A stretch of 64,000 nucleotides of DNA from the human T2T-CHM13v2.0 reference genome, Homo sapiens (GCF_009914755.1 NC_060926.1), one strand, 5' to 3'; shown: positions 45,546 to 61,388, counted from the stretch's first letter. The notes: generated from the sequence alone by a model not told the origin. Program-made: numbers and translations.

Positions 45546-46939
45546 AGAATGGGTGCTTCTGGTCCTAGTGCCAGTGTTTGACGCCTCAGCCTGCAGTGCC
45601 CTGCTCTCCACTCTGCTTATGCATGGGCACCCACCCTTCCCATGCACCTAGGCCCACCTTCTCCAGGAAGCCCTCCAGGATGGCTCTACTCTCTAAACTC
45701 CCTTCTTGCAACCCCTCAAAACTCTGCCCCTCCTCAAGAGTCAGGCAGCCAGACCTTCCTCTCCCCCACTCCCCTCTGCCCCAAGTCTCACCTTCACAAG
45801 CCTTCCTAAATAGAGCATGAGTTGTGAACACAACCCAAGGCCCCACAGCAGAAACTGTCACTGCCCCACATGTCACTTGCCCTGATTAGCTGGTATTTTC
45901 TTCAATGTCTACCAAGGCGCAGACTGAACCAGGCCAAGGCTGCCCCTGACCAGCTCCCTGTGCCTGCCCCCATGTAGCCTGTGAGGTCCACGTCAGCCTG
46001 AGTCTTTAGTGCTTTCTCTTCCACTTCAAGTTTGGGGAGGCCCCCTGTAAGACACCCACAGTGCAGGGCCAGCCATCCCTCTGGCCGGATACCCAGAACG
46101 AGCCCCTGCTGGGCAGCCCCAGCAGACCAGGAGAAAACCCTGTTTACAGGCGTGTTAGCCCAGAGCCCACCAGGCAGAGTGGAGAGGCATTCAAAGGGGT
46201 CAGAGGGACACCGTGAAGTTGCACGGAGAGCAGAGGTCAGCGTCAGCATGGGGAGCTGGGTCTCAGGAAAGACGGGGAGGAGTAGTGCCCTGTGATTAAC
46301 AGCCTTTGTAAAACCTGCCACAAGTCCCTCTCCTAATGGGTGGTCACTCTGCCCTCACACACCTGCAGAACTCCTGCTGGGCACACCCTGCACACATCGT
46401 GACGTCCTTGGTACAAGGGGCAGCCTCTCCTGCCTCCGTGCTCAATCTAATTGCCCCCCGCCTTGCCCCATCCCAAGCAAATCTTTGACATCCCTGATTA
46501 AATGACCTCAAACTCAGATTCTCAAATTAAAGCAGCAATTCCCAAAAATGTTTTCCTTGGCACACTGGTGTCCCTGAGTTAATGGAGGGCCAGAGGGAAT
46601 ACATTTGGTAACTGTTGGATAAAATAGGATGTAACAACCTTTTTCACTGCAGACCTTCTCAGAGCCTTCAGTATGCTCCTGTGTGGAGTGGCTCTGACAG
46701 GAAACTACCATGTACAGCATTTCCCAAACTTATTTGGACACTGACTGTGAAATACAAAGAATATCCATAGACCACAGTTTGGAAAACTCTAAAACAGGTA
46801 ATACACTTATTCATTCATTCACGTATTCATCCAACAAATATGTGTTTGGCCCTGTGCTGGGCACTGGGGTGGGGCAGTAATTGAAGCAGATGTTGTCCTG
46901 CCCTCATGAGCTTACCTTCCACTGGGGGGACAGACCTAA

Positions 46940-47290
<351 letters not shown>

Positions 47291-47299
47291 CCTGTTTGT

Positions 47300-47665
47300 T
47301 TTTCTTTTTTTCTTTTTATTATACTTTAAGTCCTAGGGTACATGTGCACAACGTGCAGGTTTGTTACATATGTATACATGTGCCATGTTGGTGTGCTGCA
47401 CCCATTAACTCGTCATTTACATTAGGTATATCTCCTAATGCTATTCCTCCCCTCTCTCCTCACCCCACAACAGGCCCCATGCAGCTATAAAAAATGATGA
47501 GTTCATGTCCTTTGTAGGGACATGGATGAAGCTGGAAACCATCATTCTCAGCAAACTATCGCAAGGACAAAAAACCAAACACTGCATGTTCTCACTCATA
47601 GGTAGGAATTGAACAATGAGAACACTTGGACACAGGAAGGGGAACATCACACACCGGGGCCTGTT
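47300..47665 (-). mobile_element. Short L1PA (PA3-PA5-like) with 5' inversion (twin priming)
   Basis: 47300-47478 is the L1 3' terminus on the minus strand; 47479-47665 is the adjoining upstream L1 sequence on the plus strand. Confidence 0.92.
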
Positions 47666-50328
47666 TGGTTTTTTTTTAATGCCACTTTCTTTCATTCATT
47701 TACACACTCAATAAATATTGAGTGTTCCGAAGTTCCCAACCCAGTGCCAGACCCTGGAGACAGAATTGAATCGGCTGTGATTGCTGCCCTCAGGAATTTT
47801 TAATTAACTAATCTAAGAGACTGTTTCTCTGGAGTAAGGCATAAGTGGCCTGGTTTTTTGCAAAGGAAGCTCCCTTTGCAAACACAAGCCATCCTTCCCC
47901 TTTCATTCCTGGGTTAGCCCATCCCTCACACCATAAACCAGGTTGAATTTGGGGTCAAGTTCAACCCTTCATGTGCTGTGAAGGTATTCCACTGGTCTGG
48001 GGACAGTGTGGCGGGGGTCTGGCATCTGGCCCTAGGAGCAGCCACAGCAGTGAGGGAGCATTGACCCATGTCATCCCAGGGACCTGATAGCGTTTCCTGC
48101 TGCACAGCACCCAAGCCTGGCCTGCAGGCTCTGGGCATCTCTGTAATCCCTTCCAGCAAGATTCAGATGCCTCCAAGCAAGAACCTGCTGCAGGCCGGGC
48201 TCCCTGGAAGCAGACTCTGCTTTAGATTAGCATCCGGGACTGTCACTGGGAAGCACTCTGGGACTCCATGTTGGGGTGGGGGATGAAGGTGGGATTGAGT
48301 GGAGGGAGAAGTTGGGTTGTGAAGCAGCCTCAGTGGAGGCCTCAGTTGATGCCACAGGCAGCTCTGGAGCTGGCATTGCCCTGAGTTGTCCCAGGTTGGG
48401 GCAAGAGACCAAGCCTTTATATCTGCACATGAGGCTCTTCCACACAGGCACGGGCATCCTCTGAGGAAGAAGATGGCCCTGGGCAATGAAGCTCCCCTCG
48501 GCCAAGGCAATTCCTGGAAAGGCTGATGGGCAGCCTCCCAGCAGCTGTGGACTAAGTCCCTCAGTCCTGAAGCAGGACTGGGATGGCTTGTTCCAGCGTC
48601 CCCCACAAATGCCGACAGCAAGAGGCAGTCTGGCTAGGGGGAATAGCAACCCTAAAGCTGGTTTTCTCTAAAGCTTTAGAGCCGAGTCCCAACTCCCCAC
48701 TCCAGCTTACCCCTGGGCAAGCAGCTCTGCCTCTTAGAGGAGCCTCCATTTGCTCAAACCTTGCAGGCTTTAGTGAGGTTAATCATGTCACAGCATTAAG
48801 TGAAAGGCTTCCTGGAGGAGGTGACACCTGAGCTGAGTCATGAAAGGAAGTGAAAGGTAGATGTTGACCCCACAAAGAGGGGAAAGTTGCCCCAGGCAGA
48901 GGAGGACACCTGTTGGGACCAGAGGCCTGAGCAGGCTCAAGAGAAGCACCAGCGACTCAGTGTAGCTGCTGTGGAGAGGGAGGGGTGCTTAAGAGATGAG
49001 GCAGGATGATGGGCAGGGGCAGATCACAGAGGGCTGGAGGGTCAGGAGAGGGGAGGCTGGCCTCATTCTGCCCTCAGAGGAATCTGCCTTCTATCCTAGT
49101 GGCTTCCGGCTTCCATTTGTATGACGCTCACACAAGTTAGGGATGCTCTCAGTGGCTTACTTGTATAAGCTCATTTAACCTTAACAACACTGTTAGGAGG
49201 TATGGACTCTTACCAGTTCCATTTTACAGATGAGAACACTGAGGCACGGAGAGGCTCAGTCAGTTGTCCAAGGTCACACAGCTTGTAAGTGGAGCCCAGG
49301 CTGTCTGACACCAGAGCACACACTCCTAACCTCTACATTGTTCATCACAGGGGCACCTTTGGGTGGCCCAGGGCTGTGTCCTCTCACCACCCTGATTCTG
49401 CTTGACCCAGCCAGGTAGAGCCCTGTGGACGGGGCCCGCCAAACCAAAGCCTTCAAACCCTCCAAACCCTCAAACCCTCAAAGGCAGCTTGTCTTCCAGG
49501 GACAATGCCACTGACGCCAAGCCCCAGGGGTTGGGCTATGGGCCAGGGACATGGTTTGGCTCCAGAACATCACAGAGCAATTTGCAACACCTTCCAAATG
49601 CAATTGGAGCAGCCAAGAGAGGCAGGTGAGGTGCAGCCCTTACGTGCACCTCAGGTGTATGGCTGGGTGTCGGGTTACCCCAAGGGCAGAGGAAAAGCCT
49701 TGGCAGGAGATGAGGGCTGCAGCCAGACCCCTGTCCCCTGCCCACACACCCACATTCCCTCCTGCCTTACGCATTGCTCAGACCCCCACACCCAGTGTAG
49801 CCCGGCAGTCCTAGCTACGACCTCCTGCAGCCCCAGCTGCAGCTCCCGCCTCTCACCTCCTTAGCCCCAGTAATTCCACGTGCAGGGGTCTCCTTCCCAA
49901 CTGGTGTACACTCAGGAGGGGAACACCCATCACCTGCGGCACGCTGGGCTCTGGGGCATAACTCTGGAGGGCTTAAAGACCTCACGTAAGACTACAACGC
50001 TTCCCAAGGCTCTGCTGCACGCTAGGTGCCGACTTTGGGGCTTATCTTCCTCATAGCCTCGGCAAACATCAACTGAACACACCTGTGTGCCGTTGGCCTG
50101 GGCAGGAGCATTGAGGTGAATCGGGCCCAGGCCTGCTCTCAAGGCACTCACTGGTAAGCACGGGCCTCCTCGCAGCTGGGGGAAATAGTGCCCGGGAGCC
50201 ATGGGCCTTACCCACAAAGAGACTTAGGGGCCAGTGAGTGATGGAACCAGGCTTGCGTTGGGCCCGCTTTGGGCAAAACACCTCCCATCCCACCTGGAGC
50301 TCCTGCCACAACCTACAAGACAGGAGGC

Positions 50329-50814
<486 letters not shown>

Positions 50815-51319
50815 TCACTGGGACACTTCGTGGTTACAAAACAGGCCAGGCTCCTGCCAGACACTCACACTCGGTTACTTTTCTTTTAATTCCTTCCCTG
50901 CCCTTCCACTCCCTGTTCCCTGGGCACAGTAAGTACATTCTGTTCTTCCTGAACTTCTCACTGAACAGGGCAACTCGATTCTTCTCCCATGGACTGAGGG
51001 CCCTTGGCCGACTGGAATCACGGGTGCCAGGCCAGGGCATCAGGAAGGACACAAGAGGGACCAGCCTGTTCTGGCCAGCCTGCCAATCTGCCGGCTCCCC
51101 AGTGCTTTGGGGTCAAGTTCAACCCTCAACTAAGTCCCAGGCCTTTGAGATGAGCTTACTCTGCAATCTCGTGTCCCCTACCCCTCTCGGGTGCCAGCAC
51201 GGAAGTGCTGACCAACCCTGCATACTCACTGGCCACCCCACACCACCGGCCTGCCCACGCCACACCTCACCAGTGTTGACCAGAGGAGTTCCTCAAAATA
51301 AAATCCAAATTAGCTAATA

Positions 51320-51910
<591 letters not shown>

Positions 51911-51913
51911 TAC

Positions 51914-52070
51914 AGCTGGGTGTGGTGGCTCATGCATGCCCCCGCTTTGGAAAGCTGAGGAGGGAGAGATCCCTTGAGCCCAGGAGCTGGAGGTTACAGT
52001 GACCTGTGACCGCACTCCAGCCCGGGTGAGAGAGCGAGACCCCGTCTCTAAAAAATATAAAATTAAAATT
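51914..52070 (+). mobile_element. FRAM/FAM-like Alu monomer
   Basis: Single diverged monomer with tail. Confidence 0.7.
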
Positions 52071-52182
52071 AAGTTACAAAAACTTGGGAGGAAAATAAAT
52101 TTTAAAACCCCACTAACCTCAAGCCTCATCTCCAGGAAGTGCCCCAGACCCCTGAGGCTGGGATGAGGGGTCCTATGGTGTT

Positions 52183-52880
52183 GTGACAACTATCTTGGTT
52201 TTCGCCCACAGTTCCTGGCTCATAACCCCCACAGCCATCGTTACAGGCTTGGGTTATGGTGTTGGGTGTCTAAGGCCTCAGGGGCAGGCCCTTGACCTTC
52301 TCCTGCCCTCCCTTCACGCCTGTGTCCCCTGCCTTTCTGACTGTGGGTCTTAAGACCACAGTCTTACCCTGGGGGAAGGAATGCTGATGTCATGAGGCTT
52401 CCATAAAAACCCAAGAGGACAGGGTTCAGGGAGCTTCCAGGCAGTTGAACACATGGAGAACGCTGGAGGGTGGTGCCCCAGGGCAGGCATGGAACCCCCA
52501 CACCCCTCCGCCATACCCTGCCCTATGCGTCTCTTCACCTGTATCCTTTGCAATATCCTTTATAATAAAACAGTAAACGTAAGTGTCTCCCTGAGTTTTG
52601 TGAGCCGCTCCAGCAAATTACTCAAACCCAAAGAGGGGGTCATGGGAACCCCAACTTGAAGTCAGTATGTCAGAAGTTCCGGAGGCCTGGACTTGTGACT
52701 GGTGGAGGTGGGGGGCAGGGGCAGTCTTGGGGACTGAGCCCTCCACTTGTGGGGTCTCACACTATCTCCAGGTAGGGAGTCAGAATTCGAGGACCCCCAG
52801 CTGGAGTCCGCTGCTTGGTGTGTGGAAAACCCCCGCACATCTGATCACAGAAGTATTCTGTGTTGATGATTGTTGAAGAG
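52183..52880 (+). mobile_element. MER21A-like ERVL LTR
   Basis: gttcctggctcataac...cttccataaaaacccaagaggacagggttcagggagcttcc...aataaaacagtaaacgtaagtg. Confidence 0.75.
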
Positions 52881-55021
52881 AGTTTTCTCCACACGGTTCC
52901 CTTCCAGACATGCCCCATCCCCTCACCACTGCATGCCCCCATCACACCTTGTCTCCATGTCCTGTTTGCTTGCCACTTTAGGAGTGAGTGCCCTGGAGGA
53001 TGGGACAGTGTCTCCTTCCGATCTGTGATCTGGGTGATACGACACCTCTAGCTCTGTGCTCAGTTCTCTACAGCAAGACATGGACCCAGGCAGCACTGGG
53101 TGCCAGGTGCCACTCTAGGCCTGGAGAATGCAGTGATGGAGATTCACCCAGCCCCCACCTAGTGCAGCTGACCTTCCAGGAGAACCTGGAGCTGGGGACA
53201 GGAAGAAGGTCAAAGCTGGGGCTGCAGGCCTCCTTCCCATGGTGTCTCCTACACTGCAGTCCAGCCATTTCCCACTCCTTCCGGGGCTCCACATAGCCGA
53301 GGGCTCCACTTGTGGCTTGCTGTCTTCCCCCCCAGCCTCTTGCCTCACACGTGCCCTCCGTGACTTCATCTGACACAGAGACCCTGACCCGCCTGAGCCC
53401 TGGCCTTCCCTCTCAGCATGTTTCCAGCTGCCAGTGGGCCAGGCGACAGGGAAGGGATGGCTTTGAGGCCTCAAGGCTCTGGCCGGTGGGCCTTGGGGTG
53501 GGGCAGGGTGTGGCACTCCAGGGAGGCTGGCCAGGATGAGCATTGCGGCTGTGGGCTCCTGCAGCTCCTGAGCCGCTGTGTGTTGCTGTAGAGTCCTGAA
53601 CTCAGAGCTAGCAGTGCCGTGGGGACCCTGCTGTGCAGGCTTACAGTTGCCCTCATTGCTCCAGTGGCTCTGTGTGCGTCTCTGCTCCCTGCCTTTGAAG
53701 GACCTTGCAACTTGCCTAAGACAGGGTGCAAAGTGTGAAGAAATGGGGGGCCAGACCGAGTTGTCAAAGAACGCTTCAGCAGAGGGAGACTTCAGCTGAG
53801 CCTTGAAGGAGGAGGGAGAGGCAGGCAGATGGAGCACATTCCAGGCAGAAGACTTCCCCAATCGATGAAGGATGTCCTGGAGAAATGCTCAGCGTGCCCT
53901 GGCCACAGTGAGAAGACGACTGATTCGTGAGCTCCGGTATCAACAGAAGATGCTGTTTCAGACCCAAGAGGCTGAGCAGATGGCAGAATGGCAGCCTCCA
54001 GCAGGGACACAGGGCCAGGATCTATTCTCGAGTTGCTACCAGAGAGCCGGGGCTGGAGGGCCCTCCCTGCTTCCTTTGAAAGACACCCATGCCCCTGGTC
54101 TGGAGGGAAGTTACCTGGGCCCTCTGCCCCCAGTACGATGTGACATTCTAGCTACCCAGTGGCTATGATTAAAGGCCAAGAATGAGCTCAGCCATGGAAC
54201 TCAGTGGTGGCCCCTGCTACCACCTCCACCCTGCCAGGACTGTCTTCCCCCAGTCACACACCTCACCCCCAAAACACAGGATCTCTTTTCTTCCCTGCGG
54301 TCATAGCCAAGATCAGCTACAGGCAAGATGCTCTGCTCAGTGCACTTGGGGCCTCCCACCCTGCTGGCTGTTGGCAAAAGGCGCTTTCAGAGGCTCCTCA
54401 TGCAAGGATTAGGAGCCAAAGCTGGGAGGAAGGAAGGTGAGTCAGACAGACCTGTGTTCCAAGTCTGACCCTCCATGATTTTTGACCTTGAGTGAGCCTT
54501 AGAATTCAATCACCTCCTTGGCAGAAATGGACATAAAGATATCTGCACTGCAAAGTCACTCATGAGCATGAGTCCTAACGCACCCCAGATGCCCGGCCTG
54601 GTGCCCGGCACAGGGAGCCTCCAGACAGATGGCAGCCATTCCTCATTTTCAGAGGATTTGTTGTGTTCCCAGGTTGGTTGTTTTCCATAATTATCTTCAC
54701 CAGCCAGGAGTCCCTTGAGCCAAGGATGGTGTCTTGCTTGTGCCTGGGCTCCAGGGCTAAGCACTGCTCCTGGTACATGGGAAGTGCCTGGTATCTGTGC
54801 ATGAGTGTCCTTACAGGCCAGAGTGTCACCCACCTTCAGATCTGCATTGGGGCAATTTCTAGGGGAGCCTGACTCTGCTGGTCTCTGCCTGATCCTGCCT
54901 GGGAACTGGCTGGGAACAGTCTTGGCTTTGCCCTGCCCTGGACCCCTTGCTGGGCCCTGGATCCCTGTGGATGACTTCTCCAGGCTTCACCCCAGGCTCT
55001 ACCTCCCATTCAGCAGGAGCT

Positions 55022-55275
55022 GAAAAAGAAAAAAGAAAACAGTCTATGGGAGTCAGAGCCAGAGTCTCCCTGCTAGATCAGCTTGAACTTTGAGTCCACT
55101 TTCTCTTCAAGAGGGAAAGAATGAATGAAAGGGACAGATGAAGGAGGAAGGTAGAAGTAGGTGAAGCACAGAACTGGCCTCCCAAGTGCATCTGCAATAG
55201 AGGGGCAGGGATGGTCACCAGAAGGTGCCATCTCTGGAGAGGGGTGAGCACCCCTTCCTGGGAGGTGGCCTGAGT
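55022..55275 (+). repeat. Dispersed direct duplication, copy 1 (of 61955-62204)
   Basis: Hand alignment: about 12 substitutions in the first ~205 nt, one 6 bp indel, more diverged 3' end. Confidence 0.95.
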
Positions 55276-55570
55276 GCTGACACAGAGCTGACCAGCCGGG
55301 AGGTGTGTACATGGCACCTACATGGACACAGTCTCTGGACAACCTGTAGATCTGCAGCCAGTCCCAAAGCAAGGGAGCAGGAGTAGGTGTCAAGGATGGA
55401 GTACGTTCTGCAGGGAGCCCAGCAGCAGGAAGTGGGACCATGCTGGGCGCACCCCTGATAACTTACCTTCCTTCTCCTCTGCTTCCTCATCTGAAAATGA
55501 GTGTAATAACACCCACCTTGCAAAGCCATCATGAGGGTTTTCTGGGAGAATGGATATAAAGCACCTAGCA

Positions 55571-55752
55571 GGCCAGGCGCAGTGGCTCACGTCTGTAATC
55601 CCAGCACTTTGGGAGGCTGGGGCAGGTGGATCACCTGAGGTCAGGAGTTTGTGACCAGCCTAGCCAACATGGTGAAACCCCGTCTCTACTAAAAATACAA
55701 AAAAAAAAAAAAAAAATTAGCCGGGTGTGGTGGTGCACGCTTGCAGTCCCAG
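55571..55752 (+). mobile_element. AluS, 3'-truncated
   Basis: Stops abruptly at gcagtcccag. Confidence 0.9.
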
Positions 55753-56634
55753 GGGAGTGTCAAGCACCACTGCTGGGGCAAGCTGGGGGCCATGAGGGCC
55801 ATGAGGGCCAGGGAAGGGTTCATTACCCCACTTGGGCTCGGAGGAGGTCAGCAGGGTACCCTGAGGCAGGAACGAGAGAACTGAAGAATGAAAGCCAGAA
55901 GGCAGCACAGTCAAGGTGGCATTGGATGCATCTGGGAGGGATCAAGGAGGGAAGGCAGTCCCAAGCAGGAGAGCCATGTGATCGAGCCTTCCCATGCCAG
56001 TGCGGTGCCTTGCGCTGTTTATGAGTCAGTGCACTGAAACCAGGCAACCATCCTGGGGAGGCAGGAATAATTATCCTTACTCAATGGACTCAGAAGTGAG
56101 GCCCAGGGAAGTGGTTGAGGGGAGATCCACCAGAGTCCCTCCTTGCACCAGCTGGCCCAGGTGTGAGCTGAAAGGCCTCATGGCTGGGCAGCTGAGTGCT
56201 GCCTCCTAAGGCTGGCTCATAGGGCTGGGCATCAGGTGGCAGGAGGCCAGAAAGGCAAAGGTCCACTTCTGTTCCCACCTATTGTGAGGCCTCCTCATTT
56301 TTCTGAGCTCTCAGCCAGAGTGGCTTTGATGGGGAAGGACAATGGGGAGGCCATTCTGGCCCCTGCCTGGCGTGACTGCCTGGCTCTGCAGTGGAGTTGG
56401 GCTCCCAGGGGAGGACGCTGCATCACCTGCTCGTGCCGGCACTAGGAACAGGGACTCACAATTAAGTGTCACCAACACCAGTTTGTTGGTGAACCTGGAA
56501 GACAGGCCGGTGGGTAAAGAGAGAAGGCAGAAGGTGCCCTGGATCCAAAGGCGCTGCCCGCTCCAGCTGGTGGCACTCCAAGGGCAGGTCCTTCCTCTGA
56601 AGGGTGACACACTTCATTTCCTGAGCGTTTCTGC

Positions 56635-57010
56635 CTCTTTTTTTAAGCCTGTCCTATTTTGAAATGTAATACACATATGGAAAAGGGCACAAAACAAGCA
56701 CACAGCTCAATGACTTATCACAAAGCAAAGCCCCAAGAAGTCACCACCCAGCTCCAGAAATAACACATTTTGGTCTTCCAGAACCTGGCTGGCCTTCCCT
56801 TCCCCAGAGCTAACCACTCCGCTGACATTCATGCTAATCGCGTGCTTGCCTTTCCATATGACTACCACCTCGGCGTCCTTAGCAGCTGCAGAGGCTGTTC
56901 CATCACATTTTGCGTTCTCTCTGGTTCCTTTCCATCGCTCTCCTGTCAGATACACATCCATATTGTGTGGGGCTATCATGCGCTGGTTACTGGAACTTCT
57001 TCACTGATGT
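56635..57010 (-). mobile_element. L1ME 3'UTR remnant
   Basis: ttttgaaatgtaatacacata...cagctcaatgacttatcacaaag...accacccag. Confidence 0.55.
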
Positions 57011-57406
57011 TTACATCCAGAGTGTTGGTGAGGCTTTTCTGGAGCCCACTGGCTGCCTCCAGTCCCAGCCCTGGCACGTCCTCACTGCAGGGCACTGAGC
57101 AAGTTCCTGAACCTCCTACCCTTGAGGAATGTTGGTCATCAGCTGCTCTCCAGGATCTCCCAGTGTTCCCTGACACAGAGCTCCTAAAGCCCTTAGAATT
57201 TCCTGGGTGATGGGAGCATCTTTTGTTCCAACGAGGTGACTCTTGGGGGACTTCTGGACAGGGCTGGTCACCAGAAAGACCAAGCCCTGATTAGAAGCTT
57301 GGCGTTTTCAGCCCTAGGGCCATCCTCCAGGGAGGAAAGAGGAACTTGAGATTGAGTTAATAATCAACCACACCTACACAATGAAGCCTCCATAAACATC
57401 CCTGAG

Positions 57407-57737
<331 letters not shown>

Positions 57738-57995
57738 TTAGAGCTTTTGGGTTGGTGAGCACCAACTCCAGGGGGACAGAAGCTCCTGCCCTTGGGACGA
57801 TTCCGGGCCTTGCTCTATGTACTTTTAAAAATCTGGCTGTGATCTGTGTCCATTATCATACTCTTTATCAGAGGATAAACTAGTAAATCTAAGCTTCTCT
57901 GAGTTCTGTGAACCATAATAGCAAATTATTGAACTTGAGGATGGAATGGTGGGAACCCGCATTTTATGGCCAAGTTACACAGAACTATGGGTAAG

Positions 57996-58282
57996 GGCCA
58001 GACGCAGTGGCTCACACCTATAATCTCAGCACTTTGGAAGGCTGAGGTGGGCAGATTACTTGAGTCCAGGAGTTCAAGAGCAGCCTGGGCAACAATGGTG
58101 AAACTCCATCTCTACAAAAAATACAAAAATGTGCTAGGCATGGTGGCACATGCCTACAGTCCCAGCTGCTTGGGCAGCTGAGGCAGAAGAATCACTTGAA
58201 CCCAGGAGATAAAGGTTGCAGTGAGCCAAGTCGTGCCACAGCACCGCAGCCTGAGTGACAGAGTGAGACTCTATCTTCAAAA
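57996..58282 (+). mobile_element. AluJ/S
   Basis: Alu dimer followed by a T run instead of an A-tail. Confidence 0.9.
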
Positions 58283-58303
58283 TTTTTTTTTTTTTTTAAA
58301 AAA

Positions 58304-58640
<337 letters not shown>

Positions 58641-59629
58641 CTACTTCCAGTTGACATCTGATGGGTTCCTTCTTAGCCTGATGGGCCACCAAGTCACCGG
58701 ATGCCCTTAAGCATGTTGCTTCCTTTCTGCGGGCCTCAGTTTCCCCAGCAGCTACAGCAGAAGAGGTTAGAGCAGCTCTGAGCTTTCCCACCGTGGTCCA
58801 CACAGCCCTGGGTCCTCAGTTCCGCCCATGCCAATCTGGCCCTTCAGAGCAGCTCTTGGTTCTGAATGTGCTGCTACATTCTATTTCCTTCAAAGCAGGT
58901 TTGGCATGGCAAGTTTGAAGACCACAGGCCTGGATTTCCAGGGTTCCCTGCAGCGTTGATTCTCTAGGCCTGCGTGACTTGGAGTCTGGCTGGAATTCAG
59001 CCAAGATGCCACAGCTATGTCACATAGGAGCCATGTCCTCTCGCCCAGTCTCCATCCACTCTGTGCCAGAGACTCAGGACTGAAACTGGAGCCTCAGCCC
59101 TGGCTGACAGTGGGCCTCTGTGTGCAGCGCAGCCCCTGGCCACCCCCAGGCCCGGGCTCTGTTTTATATACAAACACCCATGGTGGGTCATAGGAAACCT
59201 GCAGGCCAATTTTGTCTTTCCAATAACAATGCACTTTTTTTCTTAAAGGCATCGATGCACATTCTTAGGTTTGTGAGGCAAATAGAGGCCATAAGAAGAA
59301 TCTGGAGGAGGTGGGAGACAACAGTCACCCCCTCTTAACTCCTGGGTCACACCCAACAGCTAGGCTTGGGGGAGCCAATCACCCTGCCAATCACCCTGCA
59401 CCACCCCACACAGCAGCGCCTGGCACACCACAGTGTGAGCTCAGAATGACAATTGGTTTAAAAAAAAAAAGAATGAATAAATATGCAGGACCCCTAAAAA
59501 TCAGCCCACTTTTGACCTTTTCTTTTCCTTCCTTCCTTCCTCCCTCCCTCCCTCTCTCCCTTCCTTTCTTCTCCTAAAAATCAGCCCACTTTGGACCTTT
59601 TCTTTCTTTAACCTTTCTTTCTTCCTTCT

Positions 59630-59775
59630 CTTTTTTTTTTTTTTTTTTTTTAAGAATTGATATGAGGTCTTGCTGTGTTGCCCAGGCTGGTTTTGAACTC
59701 CTGGCCTTCCAGCAATCCTCTTGCCTCAGCCTCCCAAAATGATACAATTACAGGCGTGAGCCACAGGGCCTGGCC
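59630..59775 (-). mobile_element. FLAM
   Basis: Poly-T plus reverse-complement left monomer. Confidence 0.85.
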
Positions 59776-59994
59776 GGTAAACTCCTTTCTTCAGCAACTT
59801 AATGAACCTCTCCTGGTTTAAATTTCCTGCTTCTGAAAGTAGTGCTGATACTGGTGTCTAAACAGGGCTATAGTGAGGATTGGTATCTACAGATTAAGGA
59901 CAAAGCCTGGCACAGAGGGGACACCATAGGCGTCGGCAATTTCTTTTTTCACTTATTCCAGCTGGCTTTTATTTATTTATGTCTTAAATGTCAT

Positions 59995-60688
59995 TGTGGC
60001 AGAGAAGGCTGGACCTATAGCTAGACCGCATTTCCCAACCACCCAACCAGGCTGTTGGGTACGACCTGTGACTGCGCTGCCCAAGGTCATCCAAGCAGAA
60101 GTGAGGGCGCCATTTCCAAGCTGGTCCCCAAAACCTCTCCTCCCAGGGTCCCCATTGTCCCTTCCTCTGGCAGGAGCAAAGGCTCTAAGGCCCTAGAAAA
60201 TGGCAGAACGGGCCAGGCGCGGTGGCTTATGCCTTTAATCACAGCACTTTGGGAGGCCAAGGCGGGCGGATCACGAGGTCAGGAGATCGAGACCATCCTG
60301 GCTAACATGGTGAAACCCCATCTCTACTAAAAATACAAAAAATTAGCCGGGCATGGTGGCAGGCGCCTGTAGTTCCAGCTACTCGGGAGGCTGAGGCAGG
60401 AGATGGCATGAACCCGGGAGGCGGAGCTTGCAGTGAGCCGAGATGGCGCCACTGCACTCCAGCCAGGGTGACAGAGAAAAATTCCGTCTCAAAAAAAAAA
60501 AAAAAACCACACAAAAATGGCAGAACCACTAGATGGAAGGAACCTGGGTCCCTGAATGACCATGTGGGAGGCGGCCCTGGGCGCCCACATGGGCCTGAGA
60601 TGTGAAGGGGAGATAAACCTTTATTATGTTAAGCCATGGGCGTTTGGGGCTTGTTTTTGCAGTGGCCAATATTACTTACCTAATATGG
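59995..60688 (+). mobile_element. MLT1H/I/J-type MaLR LTR split by AluY
   Basis: agatggaaggaacctgggtccctgaatgacc...ataaacctttattatgttaagcca. Confidence 0.65.
60211..60506 (+). mobile_element. AluY
   Basis: TSD aaaatggcagaac; AluY diagnostics. Confidence 0.95.
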
Positions 60689-61388
60689 CCAAGATATGAG
60701 AATATTGTATTTTAATTCAATCTTCTCAGGATATTTCCAACTTAATATCTGTTTCTAAAAATGCTTACCTTAGCGGTGTTATTCTATGTTCTTGGGAGTC
60801 TTCTTTTTAATGTCATCTTCTTTTGAATACTTTACAGACAGTGTAGTCGGTCTTCAGACCCAGTTCAAACTCTTAAGTCACTAGCAACAAATAAAACAGT
60901 ACCCACAACACTACTTAGAACACATGGTCTGCCCAAGGCCCTCATGGCCCCTTCCTAAAGTCAAAGTCAGATTAATTTCAAAACAGAGACACCCCTCCCT
61001 TCTGGGGCGTGCAGGAGCAGCGTGCTTTGAAACAGACAAGTCAGCCAGAGCTGGCGGCTCAAGAGTCAGGCTGAAGCCAAAGGGATGCTGGCAGAACACC
61101 TCACAGCAGGGAGGACAGGGTTTGCCTCTACTCCCTCCGTTACTCCTCAGCTGGGAGCTCTTACAGCCCCAAGGAAAAAGCAGAGTTCTCCCTGAAGGTC
61201 ATTTCCAGGAGTCTAGTCCTGCGGACAGTGGCTTTCCACAGAATGACAGTAGCCATAAGGGGGACTTCTAGGCCAGAAAAGCTCCAAGCAGCCTGACCAA
61301 TACACCTTCAATATCTGTTCATTTAGAATATATACATATATTTATTCATCTTCATTTGTCTGAAGTAGGTATGACTAGTCCCCCCTAC

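Noticed and set aside
53115-53861. Longest ORF (248 aa, minus strand)
   Set aside because: No recognisable domain, composition typical of GC-rich non-coding DNA, and no supporting exon structure.
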